This document shows positions 50,472 through 58,225 of a stretch of DNA of 58,225 nucleotides, one piece after another. A program made the position numbers and the translations under genes. The DNA comes from a virus, in the IMG/VR virus record IMGVR_UViG_3300001167_000001, positions 1 to 58,225 of that record. One strand, given 5' to 3'. The notes under the pieces are model-generated. The model saw nothing but the letters and a program-made list of their open reading frames with translations, did not search any database and was not told the origin of the DNA. The first letter of the stretch is position 1. Each line of letters opens with the position of its first letter.

Positions 50472-50780
50472 ATGTTCCCGTGGCTCTTTCAGCAAAAGCC
50501 CAAAGCAACGCTGCCGCGCGAAATCATGATCGAACGGCTGCGGGAAGGCGTGCCCCCAGAGCTGGCGTGCCGAGCTGCCGGTATTGATTGGGCCGGCGTG
50601 AAAGACGATCCTGAAATCGACAAGGCGCTGGCCGAAGGTGAAATACTGCTATTCGAGCGGGCGCGCGATAGCGGCGTTACCGGCGTTATACGTGCTGCTA
50701 TGCGAAACGAAAGCAAGACGTGGAATGCCAAGACCGAAGTTTCGCTAGGGCTTAGTCTCGAAGACTGTTTGCGTGATTGA
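50472..50780 (+). CDS. HTH-containing small protein (possible small terminase or regulator, 102 aa)
   Basis: PPELACRAAGIDWAGV helix-turn-helix-like segment. The function is not established. Confidence 0.4.
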   Translation: MFPWLFQQKPKATLPREIMIERLREGVPPELACRAAGIDWAGVKDDPEIDKALAEGEILLFERARDSGVTGVIRAAMRNESKTWNAKTEVSLGLSLEDCLRD

Positions 50781-50896
50781 TTTTCGCCCCACGGAAATTC
50801 CTGTTTCGATTCTTTGTCCTTCGGCAACTCGCGCCGCAGGAAGTCGGGGATTTCGTTGTAGTCCGGTTCTGGTGGTTTTTCCCAAGGGTGCGTCAT
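50489..50896 (-). CDS. ORF coupled to the T5orf172 gene; only the first 40 or so codons look protein-like
   Basis: ATGA coupling at 50893..50896. Beyond about 50775 it runs antisense to 50472..50780 with S/R-rich composition. Confidence 0.25.
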   Translation of the reverse strand: MTHPWEKPPEPDYNEIPDFLRRELPKDKESKQEFPWGENQSRKQSSRLSPSETSVLAFHVLLSFRIAARITPVTPLSRARSNSSISPSASALSISGSSFTPAQSIPAARHASSGGTPSRSRSIMISRGSVALGFC

Positions 50897-51339
50897 TTTC
50901 GTTTCTTTCGTCTGATAAGTTCTTGATGCATAGCTGCACGTATTAAGTCTGACCGGCCCTCGCCTCCTTTTAGAGATTCGTCAATTTCAAGAGCTAAATA
51001 TGCGGGTACCCGCAAAGACAGCATTGTACTCGTACGGTCCTTAGTTCTTGGTGCGTATTTTTTTATGGCAGCGGCAGCGTCTTTAACAGCTTTCGTTGCG
51101 AGTTCTCCGCTTACGGCGAACCACTCCCCGGAATTACGAAATTCGTATAAAAGCCAATGTGCGTGATCTTCTATCTGAGCAGCTAAATGCGCCGGTACGG
51201 ATACTGAGGCGTGCATCGCGAGGCGGAACGGGCTCCCGCACTGTAGCTGGCTCAGTCGAATTGCTACGTTCCTGGCAATGCCAATTTTGACGTGCTCTCC
51301 CCCTTCTGCGCCTATGACGTACACGTACATACTTGCCAT
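50893..51339 (-). CDS. T5orf172 (GIY-YIG-superfamily) domain protein with C-terminal RHH-like tail (148 aa)
   Basis: YVYVIGAEGGEHVKIGIARNVAIRLSQLQCGSPFRL...EWFAV (T5orf172/MUG113 pattern). C-terminus LSLRVPAYLALEIDESL..RSDLIRAAMHQEL. Confidence 0.6.
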   Translation of the reverse strand: MASMYVYVIGAEGGEHVKIGIARNVAIRLSQLQCGSPFRLAMHASVSVPAHLAAQIEDHAHWLLYEFRNSGEWFAVSGELATKAVKDAAAAIKKYAPRTKDRTSTMLSLRVPAYLALEIDESLKGGEGRSDLIRAAMHQELIRRKKRK

Positions 51340-51468
51340 GTATTTTACTCACTGTAGTACATGGCTTACCGTATGACAAAAAGTAAGTCAAGGGGCTATT
51401 TGTATGACATTTTACTTGCTAGTCTGACCCTCACAGATTTTTCAATCACCACGTAGGAGGGTATTCCA

Positions 51469-52203
51469 GTGGTCAATATCGTCAACGCCGGCACGCTTGG
51501 TGGCGGGTTTCGAGCATATTCCGGGTTATTGCCTATCACCCCTGGCGGCGGCGGGCCTCAGGCGCAAGCGACCGTCCGCTATTTCCACATTCCGTCCGCC
51601 AACGCGGCTGCGATCTTCCGGGGCGATATTGTTGTCCTGGCATCGGGTTCGATTGGCACGCCGGGCGCGGCTGATATGCCGTACAACATCAGTGCGCCGT
51701 CTGCATCCGTCGTTGTCGGCGGCGGTGGCGGTACGGGGCTTGGCAACGCGTCCATGGACCCAAATATCTCGCGCTGGGTGCCCGGCGACACAGCCAGCGT
51801 TATTGCGGGCGTTGTCGTCGGTTTTGGCCCGATCACGCTTTACCAAGCAAAAAACGGTTTTCAGTACGCACCGGCTTCAACCGAATGCTGGGCTGCGGTC
51901 GATACCGGCCCCGGTATCGAAATGGAAATCACGATGCCCACCGTACCGGGCACGGCGTTCAATTTCGATCTCATGTCCGGCATTGACGTGAAAGCGAATG
52001 CTGGCCAGCAGGCAACGCGGTTTGGTATTTCGGGCGTGTCACTCGATCCGGCGACCATCGCAATCACATCTACACTGCCGCTGCGGTTGCTCAGTTCGGG
52101 CGATCAAATCGGCAATGACCCGACCTCAGCCGGTTTTGTCGCGCGAGTGCTTTTCAACTCCAGTCGGCATTACCGCGGCGGCGGTGCGTTTATTGCCGAC
52201 TAA
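51469..52203 (+). CDS. Hypothetical virion-module protein (244 aa, GTG start)
   Basis: GGAGGG SD upstream. G/A/S/T-rich beta-type composition. First gene of the rightward fibre operon. Confidence 0.5.
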   Translation: MVNIVNAGTLGGGFRAYSGLLPITPGGGGPQAQATVRYFHIPSANAAAIFRGDIVVLASGSIGTPGAADMPYNISAPSASVVVGGGGGTGLGNASMDPNISRWVPGDTASVIAGVVVGFGPITLYQAKNGFQYAPASTECWAAVDTGPGIEMEITMPTVPGTAFNFDLMSGIDVKANAGQQATRFGISGVSLDPATIAITSTLPLRLLSSGDQIGNDPTSAGFVARVLFNSSRHYRGGGAFIAD

Positions 52204-52244
52204 ACCGTACAGCGCGCAATCACAGGAACGAAGGAAACACGACA

Positions 52245-52820
52245 ATGAAGACTTTCACTGCTAGACTTCGCGCTGCGTTGGCTGCACTGGCTTTGCTGGC
52301 GCCGGCTCCCGCACTGGCTTTGCTGGCGCCGCTGCCCGCGCTTGCGCAAACCGTCGTACAAGTCCCCGTCAACGTGAATGCGCGTGCGGTCGCTGACTTG
52401 GGCAACGGGCCAACCGAAGTCCGGATGATCCAGGGCAGCATGGGGCTCTTTACGGCTCAGGGCTCTGGCGTCGGCAGCACGTCGGGTTCGTCCACCGCAC
52501 TTACGCTGACGGCGAGCGCCGCAGCCAACCCGCCTTGCGTCGGCTGCATCATTTCCGGCGTCGGCATTACGTCGGGCACTACTGTCGCCGCGTTCAACGG
52601 CACGACCGGCGTTACGCTCTCCGCAGCGATGACCGTTGCGGCCTCTACGCCGCTCGCATGGGGCCAGGCGTGCCCGTCCGCGCCGCCTTCGGCGCCGCTC
52701 GCGCTGATACAGGCCGCCGTCGGTTCCGATTTCCCAATGTACACGCAAGCTCGCGTGTGCGCGTATGGCGGGACTGGTCCTGGCGCGTTGTACACGCAAT
52801 ATCCCATCGGAGCGCACTAA
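52245..52820 (+). CDS. Signal-peptide-bearing protein consisting of the tailspike N-terminal module only (191 aa)
   Basis: Residues about 35-185 align with residues about 25-165 of the 814-aa tailspike (ADLGNGP..VRMI.G....FTAQGSG.GSTSGSSTALTLTA...SGITSGTTVAA.NGTTGVTLSAAMTVA...MYTQARVCA). 21-bp unit repeated at 27-bp spacing (52284..52304, 52311..52331) in the signal peptide. Confidence 0.65.
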   Translation: MKTFTARLRAALAALALLAPAPALALLAPLPALAQTVVQVPVNVNARAVADLGNGPTEVRMIQGSMGLFTAQGSGVGSTSGSSTALTLTASAAANPPCVGCIISGVGITSGTTVAAFNGTTGVTLSAAMTVAASTPLAWGQACPSAPPSAPLALIQAAVGSDFPMYTQARVCAYGGTGPGALYTQYPIGAH

Positions 52821-52843
52821 ATACCCAATGAGGGGCGCACCCG

Positions 52844-53155
52844 ATGGTTGCCAATCCTATAAAGACGATACCGCGAAGCTATCAGTCCTGGGTCAATCTC
52901 GCCGTCACGCCAGCAACCGATTTTGAGCTGGATGCGGGTAGTTACGGACTCACGGTAGCTACTGCCGGCTTCACCAGTTACCAGCTCCAGAGATTGCTGC
53001 CTGACGGGGTGACGTACACGCCTGCCATGCCAGTGGCGGCCGCGGCTGGTTATACTGTGCTTGATCTGCCGGCGGGGCGGTACAGCATGGTTGTTGTCGG
53101 CGCGACGGCGTTTACTGGCTTGATCGAGAAAATCGATACGGGGCGCGCACGATGA
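52844..53155 (+). CDS. Second copy of 167..478
   Basis: Identical translation. Confidence 0.6.
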   Translation: MVANPIKTIPRSYQSWVNLAVTPATDFELDAGSYGLTVATAGFTSYQLQRLLPDGVTYTPAMPVAAAAGYTVLDLPAGRYSMVVVGATAFTGLIEKIDTGRAR

Positions 53156-54072
53156 AAAAATTTCTATTCGCCGCGCTATTGATGTTGGGCGCGCTACCCG
53201 CGAATGCTCAGCAGCATACCGATGCTCTGATCGTATCGGCGTGCGGTACATTGCCGGTTCCGTACGTCGCCGGGACTTATAATTACGTGACGATGGATAC
53301 GACGGGGAAGTTGTGCGATAGCGGCAGCGGAGGCGGTGGCGGCGGTACTCAGAACGTCAACCTTACTCAGATATTGGGCGCCGCACCGAGTGCGACAAAT
53401 CCGCTGTGGGTATCTCCTGCGACCGGCGCGACGTTCCCTGTTAGTGCAGCATCGCTGCCGCTGCCGACCGGCGCGGCAACGCAGACGACACTCGCGGCCA
53501 TCCTCGCAGCACAAGGCGCGGCGCCTGCACAACAGACCGGCGCGACGGTCGGTATTGTTGCCGGATCGGCGGTTATCGGTAAGGTCGGCATAGATCAGAC
53601 GACGCCGGGAACAACCAATGCCGTATCGGCGACGAATTTTCCCAGCACGGTCGCGACGGGTACAGGTGCTCAAGGTGCGACCGTTCCGCGCGTCACGGTC
53701 GCAACCGATCAAGCCACCAATGCGGGCGCCGCGTTGGTCAAGGGCGGCGTTGGCGTCGTCAATGGAGGCAGCACTTATCAGGCTGTGGCAGCATCGCAGA
53801 CCGCAACGGTCCTCCAAACATCGACCGGGGCAATCGGCGATTATCTTTCGCATTGTGTGATCTATCCGACCTCCACATCGCCGGGCGTCGTGACAGTATT
53901 TGATAATACAAACGCTGCTGGTACCAACGTCATCGCCTTTCCTGGTGGTGCTAGTAGCGTGTCGAACCTTGTACCAATCGCCGTTCCAGTTGGCGCAGTT
54001 AGTACCGCTGGAGCGTGGAAGGTGACGACTGGCGCGAACGTGTCGGCTGTCTGTTACGGGAAATTCAGCTAA
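53152..54072 (+). CDS. Second copy of 475..1395
   Basis: Identical translation. Confidence 0.65.
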   Translation: MKKFLFAALLMLGALPANAQQHTDALIVSACGTLPVPYVAGTYNYVTMDTTGKLCDSGSGGGGGGTQNVNLTQILGAAPSATNPLWVSPATGATFPVSAASLPLPTGAATQTTLAAILAAQGAAPAQQTGATVGIVAGSAVIGKVGIDQTTPGTTNAVSATNFPSTVATGTGAQGATVPRVTVATDQATNAGAALVKGGVGVVNGGSTYQAVAASQTATVLQTSTGAIGDYLSHCVIYPTSTSPGVVTVFDNTNAAGTNVIAFPGGASSVSNLVPIAVPVGAVSTAGAWKVTTGANVSAVCYGKFS

Positions 54073-55058
54073 TGCGCCGCGTCGTCGGCTTTTTTCTGTT
54101 GGCGCTCGTTTCTTTGTTGCCTGAAACTATTTGTGCGCAGGCAATTCTTCCGGGATTTCCGCCGGGGGTTTTCACTAACCGCGCGGCGCTCGATCCGGCA
54201 CCTGCGGGGGGCTTTCAAGGCCCCGGCGACATCACGTCGGGCGCCATTGCATTCTATTCCTGCGGCCGGGCCTACAATGCGGCATATGCCGCAGGAGCAA
54301 ATCCAGCCTGCGATCTCGTCGATACCGGCACAGGGCTTGCGACCTGCACGATTTCATTTGGCACAAACGGCCTTGCTAATTTAACAGCCGTGGCCTGCCC
54401 GACAGGGGCACCGACCGTCAACGTCGTGACATTCTGCGCGGTGACTCACCCGTCAGGATGCAGCCTGACTAAGATGTACGACCAGACCGGCACCGGCAAT
54501 CATGTGGTGCAGGCGACGCTCGCCAATATGCCGGTGCTGACGTTCAGTGCGCAGAATGGGTTGCCGTGTGCGGCGGGAACGGGAAATGCGGCGATGCGAC
54601 TCGCAACGGCGGGCAGCATTTCGCAATCTGCGCCATTTAGTGCGACGGCGGTTACGGAGAGAACCGGAAGTTTTACGACGACGCAAAAGATAATCTCGAA
54701 CGGGGCCAACGCCAGTACGTTTAATTTTACGGCGAGCGCGAACAGCATATCTTCGGCGCTCGGCAGTTCAGCGGCCGTGACTTTAACCGCCGCAGATAGT
54801 TCGTTTCATGCGCTGCTAGGAGTTGCGAGTGCGACCGCCCCGCTATTCGCGGTTGACTCAAGCGCCAATACTTCGACCACGACAACTGGAACAACCGCTT
54901 TGGCAGGCAGTCAATTTCTCATGGGACGCAGCACGGGGGTACAGGCTCTTCTTGCCGGCTTCGTCTGCGAAGTCGGCATCTGGCCAGCCGATCTCAACTC
55001 ATCCTATCAAGCCATGCTCGCCAATATGCGCAGCGCGACCAATGGGTGGAATTTTTAG
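54072..55058 (+). CDS. Second copy of 1395..2381
   Basis: Identical translation. Confidence 0.6.
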   Translation: MRRVVGFFLLALVSLLPETICAQAILPGFPPGVFTNRAALDPAPAGGFQGPGDITSGAIAFYSCGRAYNAAYAAGANPACDLVDTGTGLATCTISFGTNGLANLTAVACPTGAPTVNVVTFCAVTHPSGCSLTKMYDQTGTGNHVVQATLANMPVLTFSAQNGLPCAAGTGNAAMRLATAGSISQSAPFSATAVTERTGSFTTTQKIISNGANASTFNFTASANSISSALGSSAAVTLTAADSSFHALLGVASATAPLFAVDSSANTSTTTTGTTALAGSQFLMGRSTGVQALLAGFVCEVGIWPADLNSSYQAMLANMRSATNGWNF

Positions 55059-57490
55059 TGCGTAGATTTCTAGCCGCCTCAGCAGTACTGCTCTTTACGG
55101 CGTTCCCCGCGCTCGCGCAGAACGCCATCACTCTGCCGATCGCCGCGAACGCGGTCGCCGACTTAGGCAACGGCCCTATCAAGGTCCGCATGATCGCGGG
55201 TAACGCATCAATTTTCACGGCACAAGGATCTGGCACTGGCAGCACGTCGGGTTCGTCCACAGCACTGACTTTGACTGCGACGCCGGCAACGCCACCGCTC
55301 GTTGGTGGCCTGATTTCCGGCAGTGGCATCACGTCAGGAACGACGGTCGCAGCGTACAACGGTACAACGGGCGTAACGCTGTCGGCGGCCATGACTGTAG
55401 CCGGCGGTACGACGGTTTCATGGGGCGCCGCGTGTCCATCAACGCCACCTAGCAGCGTAATTCAGGCGTCGCCTTCGGCCGACGGCTATGTGATGTACAC
55501 ACAAGCGCGCGTGTGTGCAGTTTCACCGGGTGGCCCGGTTAACACGCTTTTGATTTCTCCGGTTTTTCAGGATAGTCAAGGTGGAAGCGGCAGCGGGAAC
55601 GTAAATGGGCCGGCAACATCGATCGTAGGAGGCGTCGCGGTATGGAAAAACGGGGCTGGAACTTTACTCGCAGACGGTGCAACAGATGACGGATTTTTTG
55701 GTTCAGGTCGTCCATGGGCCGATATTAGGGCCTACGGCGCTAAAGGCGATGGTGCGACGGACGACACAGCGGCGATAACAGCGGCGTATAATCAGCTTGC
55801 CGCAATTGGTGGCGGTGACCTATTCTTCCCGCCAGCACCTAACGGTCTTTATTGCACCTTTACTGGAATAACGATTTCCAACGGCAACGTGCATTTGAGA
55901 TTCGCCGCCAACGGCGCGGCTTCAAATGGAATCAGTTCTTTAAGTTCTTGCGGCCACGATGTCACGACGTTGAATTTGAACGCCGGCTCTATCATACTGG
56001 ACTACGCAAATATCATCGGCGATGGGTATGGCGCGACGCACCCGGCACTGGATTTCGGTCCAAGTTGCGGCGGTTGCAAAATGCACTTCGGCAGCGTCAG
56101 CGGCGGCACTTCTCCGGTATTGATCGAAGGCGTTGATGACCGTATCGAAAACGTCAACGTTGCTCCAGGTTACGGCACTGCATCGATTAAGATCATCAAT
56201 GGCGCGACGTATTTAGATCATGTTTCAGCCGATCTTAGCCCCCCGGTCTACACGCTGACTAATGCCAATTTCAGCGGCGGCGCCGCGTCGTGGGCGGCAA
56301 CCCATGCCTATTCTGGTTCGGTGACTGTCTCAACACAGGGATTTTTTATTCAGCTTGTAACGGCAAGCTGTACTAGCGGTGGCAGCGCGCCGACGCTGAA
56401 ATCGTACGGAACAAACATTACGGACGGTACTTGTACGTGGAAATTATTGTCACCTGGAACTTATTACAGTGTACAGGTCGATACCGGGGCCAGCGCAGTC
56501 TATCTGAACAACGGCGATAGTAGCGGGCCTTTTGTGGCAGGAGTCGGCGTTACAAACACAAGTGCAGGCACGGCACCGGGTGGCATCACCGTTGAAAATT
56601 GGAATTTCGGGGCTAACCTACAGGCTGGAATTTACGCTCATGACGGCAATACGCTTTCGGTTTCAGACTCTACACTGAATGGATGCATCTATGGTGGCTG
56701 TGCTGGTATTTATACTTTAGGGTCGTGGACCGGAGTCGTGAATGCGAGCAGTAACTTAATTGTTGGTGAACAGGCCGGCATCGATTTGACCGTCGGCGGT
56801 GGCGACACCATCGTCGGCAACACCATCGTTGCCAATGTAACCGGCGTGCTCGTCTCCAACAATTATGCGAATTTCAACATCAACAACAATAATTTTTATA
56901 ACGCGGCGTACGGCGCCAATTCCGGTAACGATATTACGATCGGTACGGGCGCGATACACTGTAATGTCATCGGCAACAGTAGCAACGGCGGTACTTTTAG
57001 TACAGGGGCGTGCAAAGCATTCGCCAATGACGGTTCTGTCGTAAGTTACACCAACGGTGGCACCAACGCCACGTCGCTTGCGGGGGCGCAGGCAAATTTG
57101 TTGATCGGAACATTAATGAGCGTTCCGGCTACTGTGAATTTTGCGGTGGCTGGTGATTATGCGATCGCGGTCCCACTTCCTGCGGGATTCACACAATTTA
57201 GAGCCGACGATATTGTCATATCGCAGTGTAGTGTATCGCTTTCTGGCGCCACATTCGGTCTATTCACGGCAACCGGAGGCGGTGGCGCGGCGATCATCAC
57301 GGCAGGTGCTACTTCGAACGTAACAAACAATACCGCTAATACAAATAACAACATGCAATTCGGCGCCGGCTTTATTAATAACATTGGTACGGAGGCGTAC
57401 ACACCAGTTAGCGGAAATGTCCAATTTCGTGTTGGTTCAACGGCTGCAGGAACGTGTTCTGTGGCGTTTCAATATAAACCTGTGCCATGA
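55046..57490 (+). CDS. Second copy of the tailspike 2369..4813
   Basis: Identical translation. Confidence 0.7.
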   Translation: MEFLVRRFLAASAVLLFTAFPALAQNAITLPIAANAVADLGNGPIKVRMIAGNASIFTAQGSGTGSTSGSSTALTLTATPATPPLVGGLISGSGITSGTTVAAYNGTTGVTLSAAMTVAGGTTVSWGAACPSTPPSSVIQASPSADGYVMYTQARVCAVSPGGPVNTLLISPVFQDSQGGSGSGNVNGPATSIVGGVAVWKNGAGTLLADGATDDGFFGSGRPWADIRAYGAKGDGATDDTAAITAAYNQLAAIGGGDLFFPPAPNGLYCTFTGITISNGNVHLRFAANGAASNGISSLSSCGHDVTTLNLNAGSIILDYANIIGDGYGATHPALDFGPSCGGCKMHFGSVSGGTSPVLIEGVDDRIENVNVAPGYGTASIKIINGATYLDHVSADLSPPVYTLTNANFSGGAASWAATHAYSGSVTVSTQGFFIQLVTASCTSGGSAPTLKSYGTNITDGTCTWKLLSPGTYYSVQVDTGASAVYLNNGDSSGPFVAGVGVTNTSAGTAPGGITVENWNFGANLQAGIYAHDGNTLSVSDSTLNGCIYGGCAGIYTLGSWTGVVNASSNLIVGEQAGIDLTVGGGDTIVGNTIVANVTGVLVSNNYANFNINNNNFYNAAYGANSGNDITIGTGAIHCNVIGNSSNGGTFSTGACKAFANDGSVVSYTNGGTNATSLAGAQANLLIGTLMSVPATVNFAVAGDYAIAVPLPAGFTQFRADDIVISQCSVSLSGATFGLFTATGGGGAAIITAGATSNVTNNTANTNNNMQFGAGFINNIGTEAYTPVSGNVQFRVGSTAAGTCSVAFQYKPVP

Positions 57491-57557
57491 AGTACGTGCT
57501 GAAATTCAACGCGACAATAGCTTTATCTACGGTAGGGATAGATTAAGTAGGATATTA

Positions 57558-57845
57558 ATGATTATCGACGCAGGAACTGTAGCTGCCGGGGTTGCCGCCT
57601 TGAACCTAGTACTCACAATCGGCGGCGGTAGTTTCTTTGCTGGCAAGCTGACCGGCAAAATTCAGCGCATAGAAACCGACGTGAGGGAAACGAAAGGCTT
57701 GCTTATCACATCCGCAGTCGAAGCCGATCGGCTGCGGCGTGCGGAAGCTGACATTCACAGCGTGGAAATGGACGTTCGGAATCTGCGCAAGGGCGTCGGC
57801 TGGATAAATGACGCAGGCGCGAAGGGTGTCAATCGGGAGTATTGA
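57558..57845 (+). CDS. Second copy of 4881..5168
   Basis: Identical translation. Confidence 0.5.
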   Translation: MIIDAGTVAAGVAALNLVLTIGGGSFFAGKLTGKIQRIETDVRETKGLLITSAVEADRLRRAEADIHSVEMDVRNLRKGVGWINDAGAKGVNREY

Positions 57846-57904
57846 ACTTTCTGCCGCTTTGCGGCATTGTTTAGCACCATGTCTAAAACCTAGGAGAGAA
57901 AACC

Positions 57905-58225
57905 ATGAGTGATCTAAAGGGCGGCCTTCAGGGCATGTTCGACGTGCTGAAGGGTGTGGAAGAACGCGCTCGCAAGCTGAAGAACCAGAACCTTGCGGAC
58001 ATTGCAGCGTCGGCGCACGGTCGCGTGAAGCAGCTCATCGACCACCCCGACACCGAGCTGGTGGACGAGAGGAAAGACCAAGCGCACCCCGGCAACCCGC
58101 TGTACGTCGCACCCGCGACCAAGGACGAAGCGATTGCCAAAATGCGAGCGGACGGTGACGCTGACCCGGAAGGCACGGCGAAGCTGAATTGGCCGCACCT
58201 GTTTGAGCCGGGGGCCGCCGGCGGG
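57905..58225 (+). CDS. Second copy of 5228..5647, truncated by the window end
   Basis: Identical sequence up to the window edge. Confidence 0.6.
   Translation, partial: MSDLKGGLQGMFDVLKGVEERARKLKNQNLADIAASAHGRVKQLIDHPDTELVDERKDQAHPGNPLYVAPATKDEAIAKMRADGDADPEGTAKLNWPHLFEPGAAGG

Larger units (their letters stand above)
52678..58225. repeat. Exact long direct repeat, copy 2 (= 1..5548)
   Basis: Same as copy 1. The window ends inside the 139-aa ORF. Confidence 0.95.

Noticed and set aside
1-58225. tRNA genes, CRISPR arrays, an integrase or attachment site, or a phage RNA polymerase
   Set aside because: The intergenic spaces are short and I inspected them by eye. I saw no cloverleaf-like sequences, no regularly spaced repeats, no tyrosine or serine recombinase motifs and no large RNAP-like ORF. 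Absence should be confirmed with tRNAscan-SE or ARAGORN and profile searches.

Overview
The window holds one complete 52,677-bp dsDNA phage genome plus a 5,548-bp wrap-around: 1..5548 is identical to 52678..58225. The repeat boundaries fall inside genes, so this looks like a circular, permuted or concatemeric representation rather than a defined terminal repeat. The virion module is P22-like: large terminase, portal, scaffold-like protein, HK97-fold capsid, gp4-like adaptor, gp10-sized protein, coiled-coil needle, a beta-helix tailspike and a 1349-aa ejection protein with a transglycosylase motif. The replication module has a PrimPol-helicase, SF2 helicase, Cas4-like PD-(D/E)XK nuclease, gp2.5-like SSB and family-A DNA polymerase. 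A GcrA homologue, an Omp25/porin-like beta-barrel and the 'ALAQ' signal peptides point to an alphaproteobacterial host; this is an inference. I found no integrase, tRNA or CRISPR array by eye.

The most unusual observations:
1. The DNA polymerase carries a 288-codon intein. Its HNH homing endonuclease is encoded in a different reading frame from the splicing domains, and both frames stay open.
2. A C5-cytosine methyltransferase sits alone in a 726-bp cassette with perfect 25-bp terminal inverted repeats and an 8-bp target duplication. A 253-bp sister element shares the same termini and lies next to an IS1595-family transposase remnant.
3. CGTACG is roughly 10-fold over-represented by hand tally.
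4. Five consecutive fibre or spike genes have Sec-type signal peptides.
5. Several conserved regulatory motifs recur in intergenic regions and 5' leaders.
6. Two genes appear to start at AUU or AUC behind perfect Shine-Dalgarno sites.

All functional calls come from motif recognition by eye. No database search was run.
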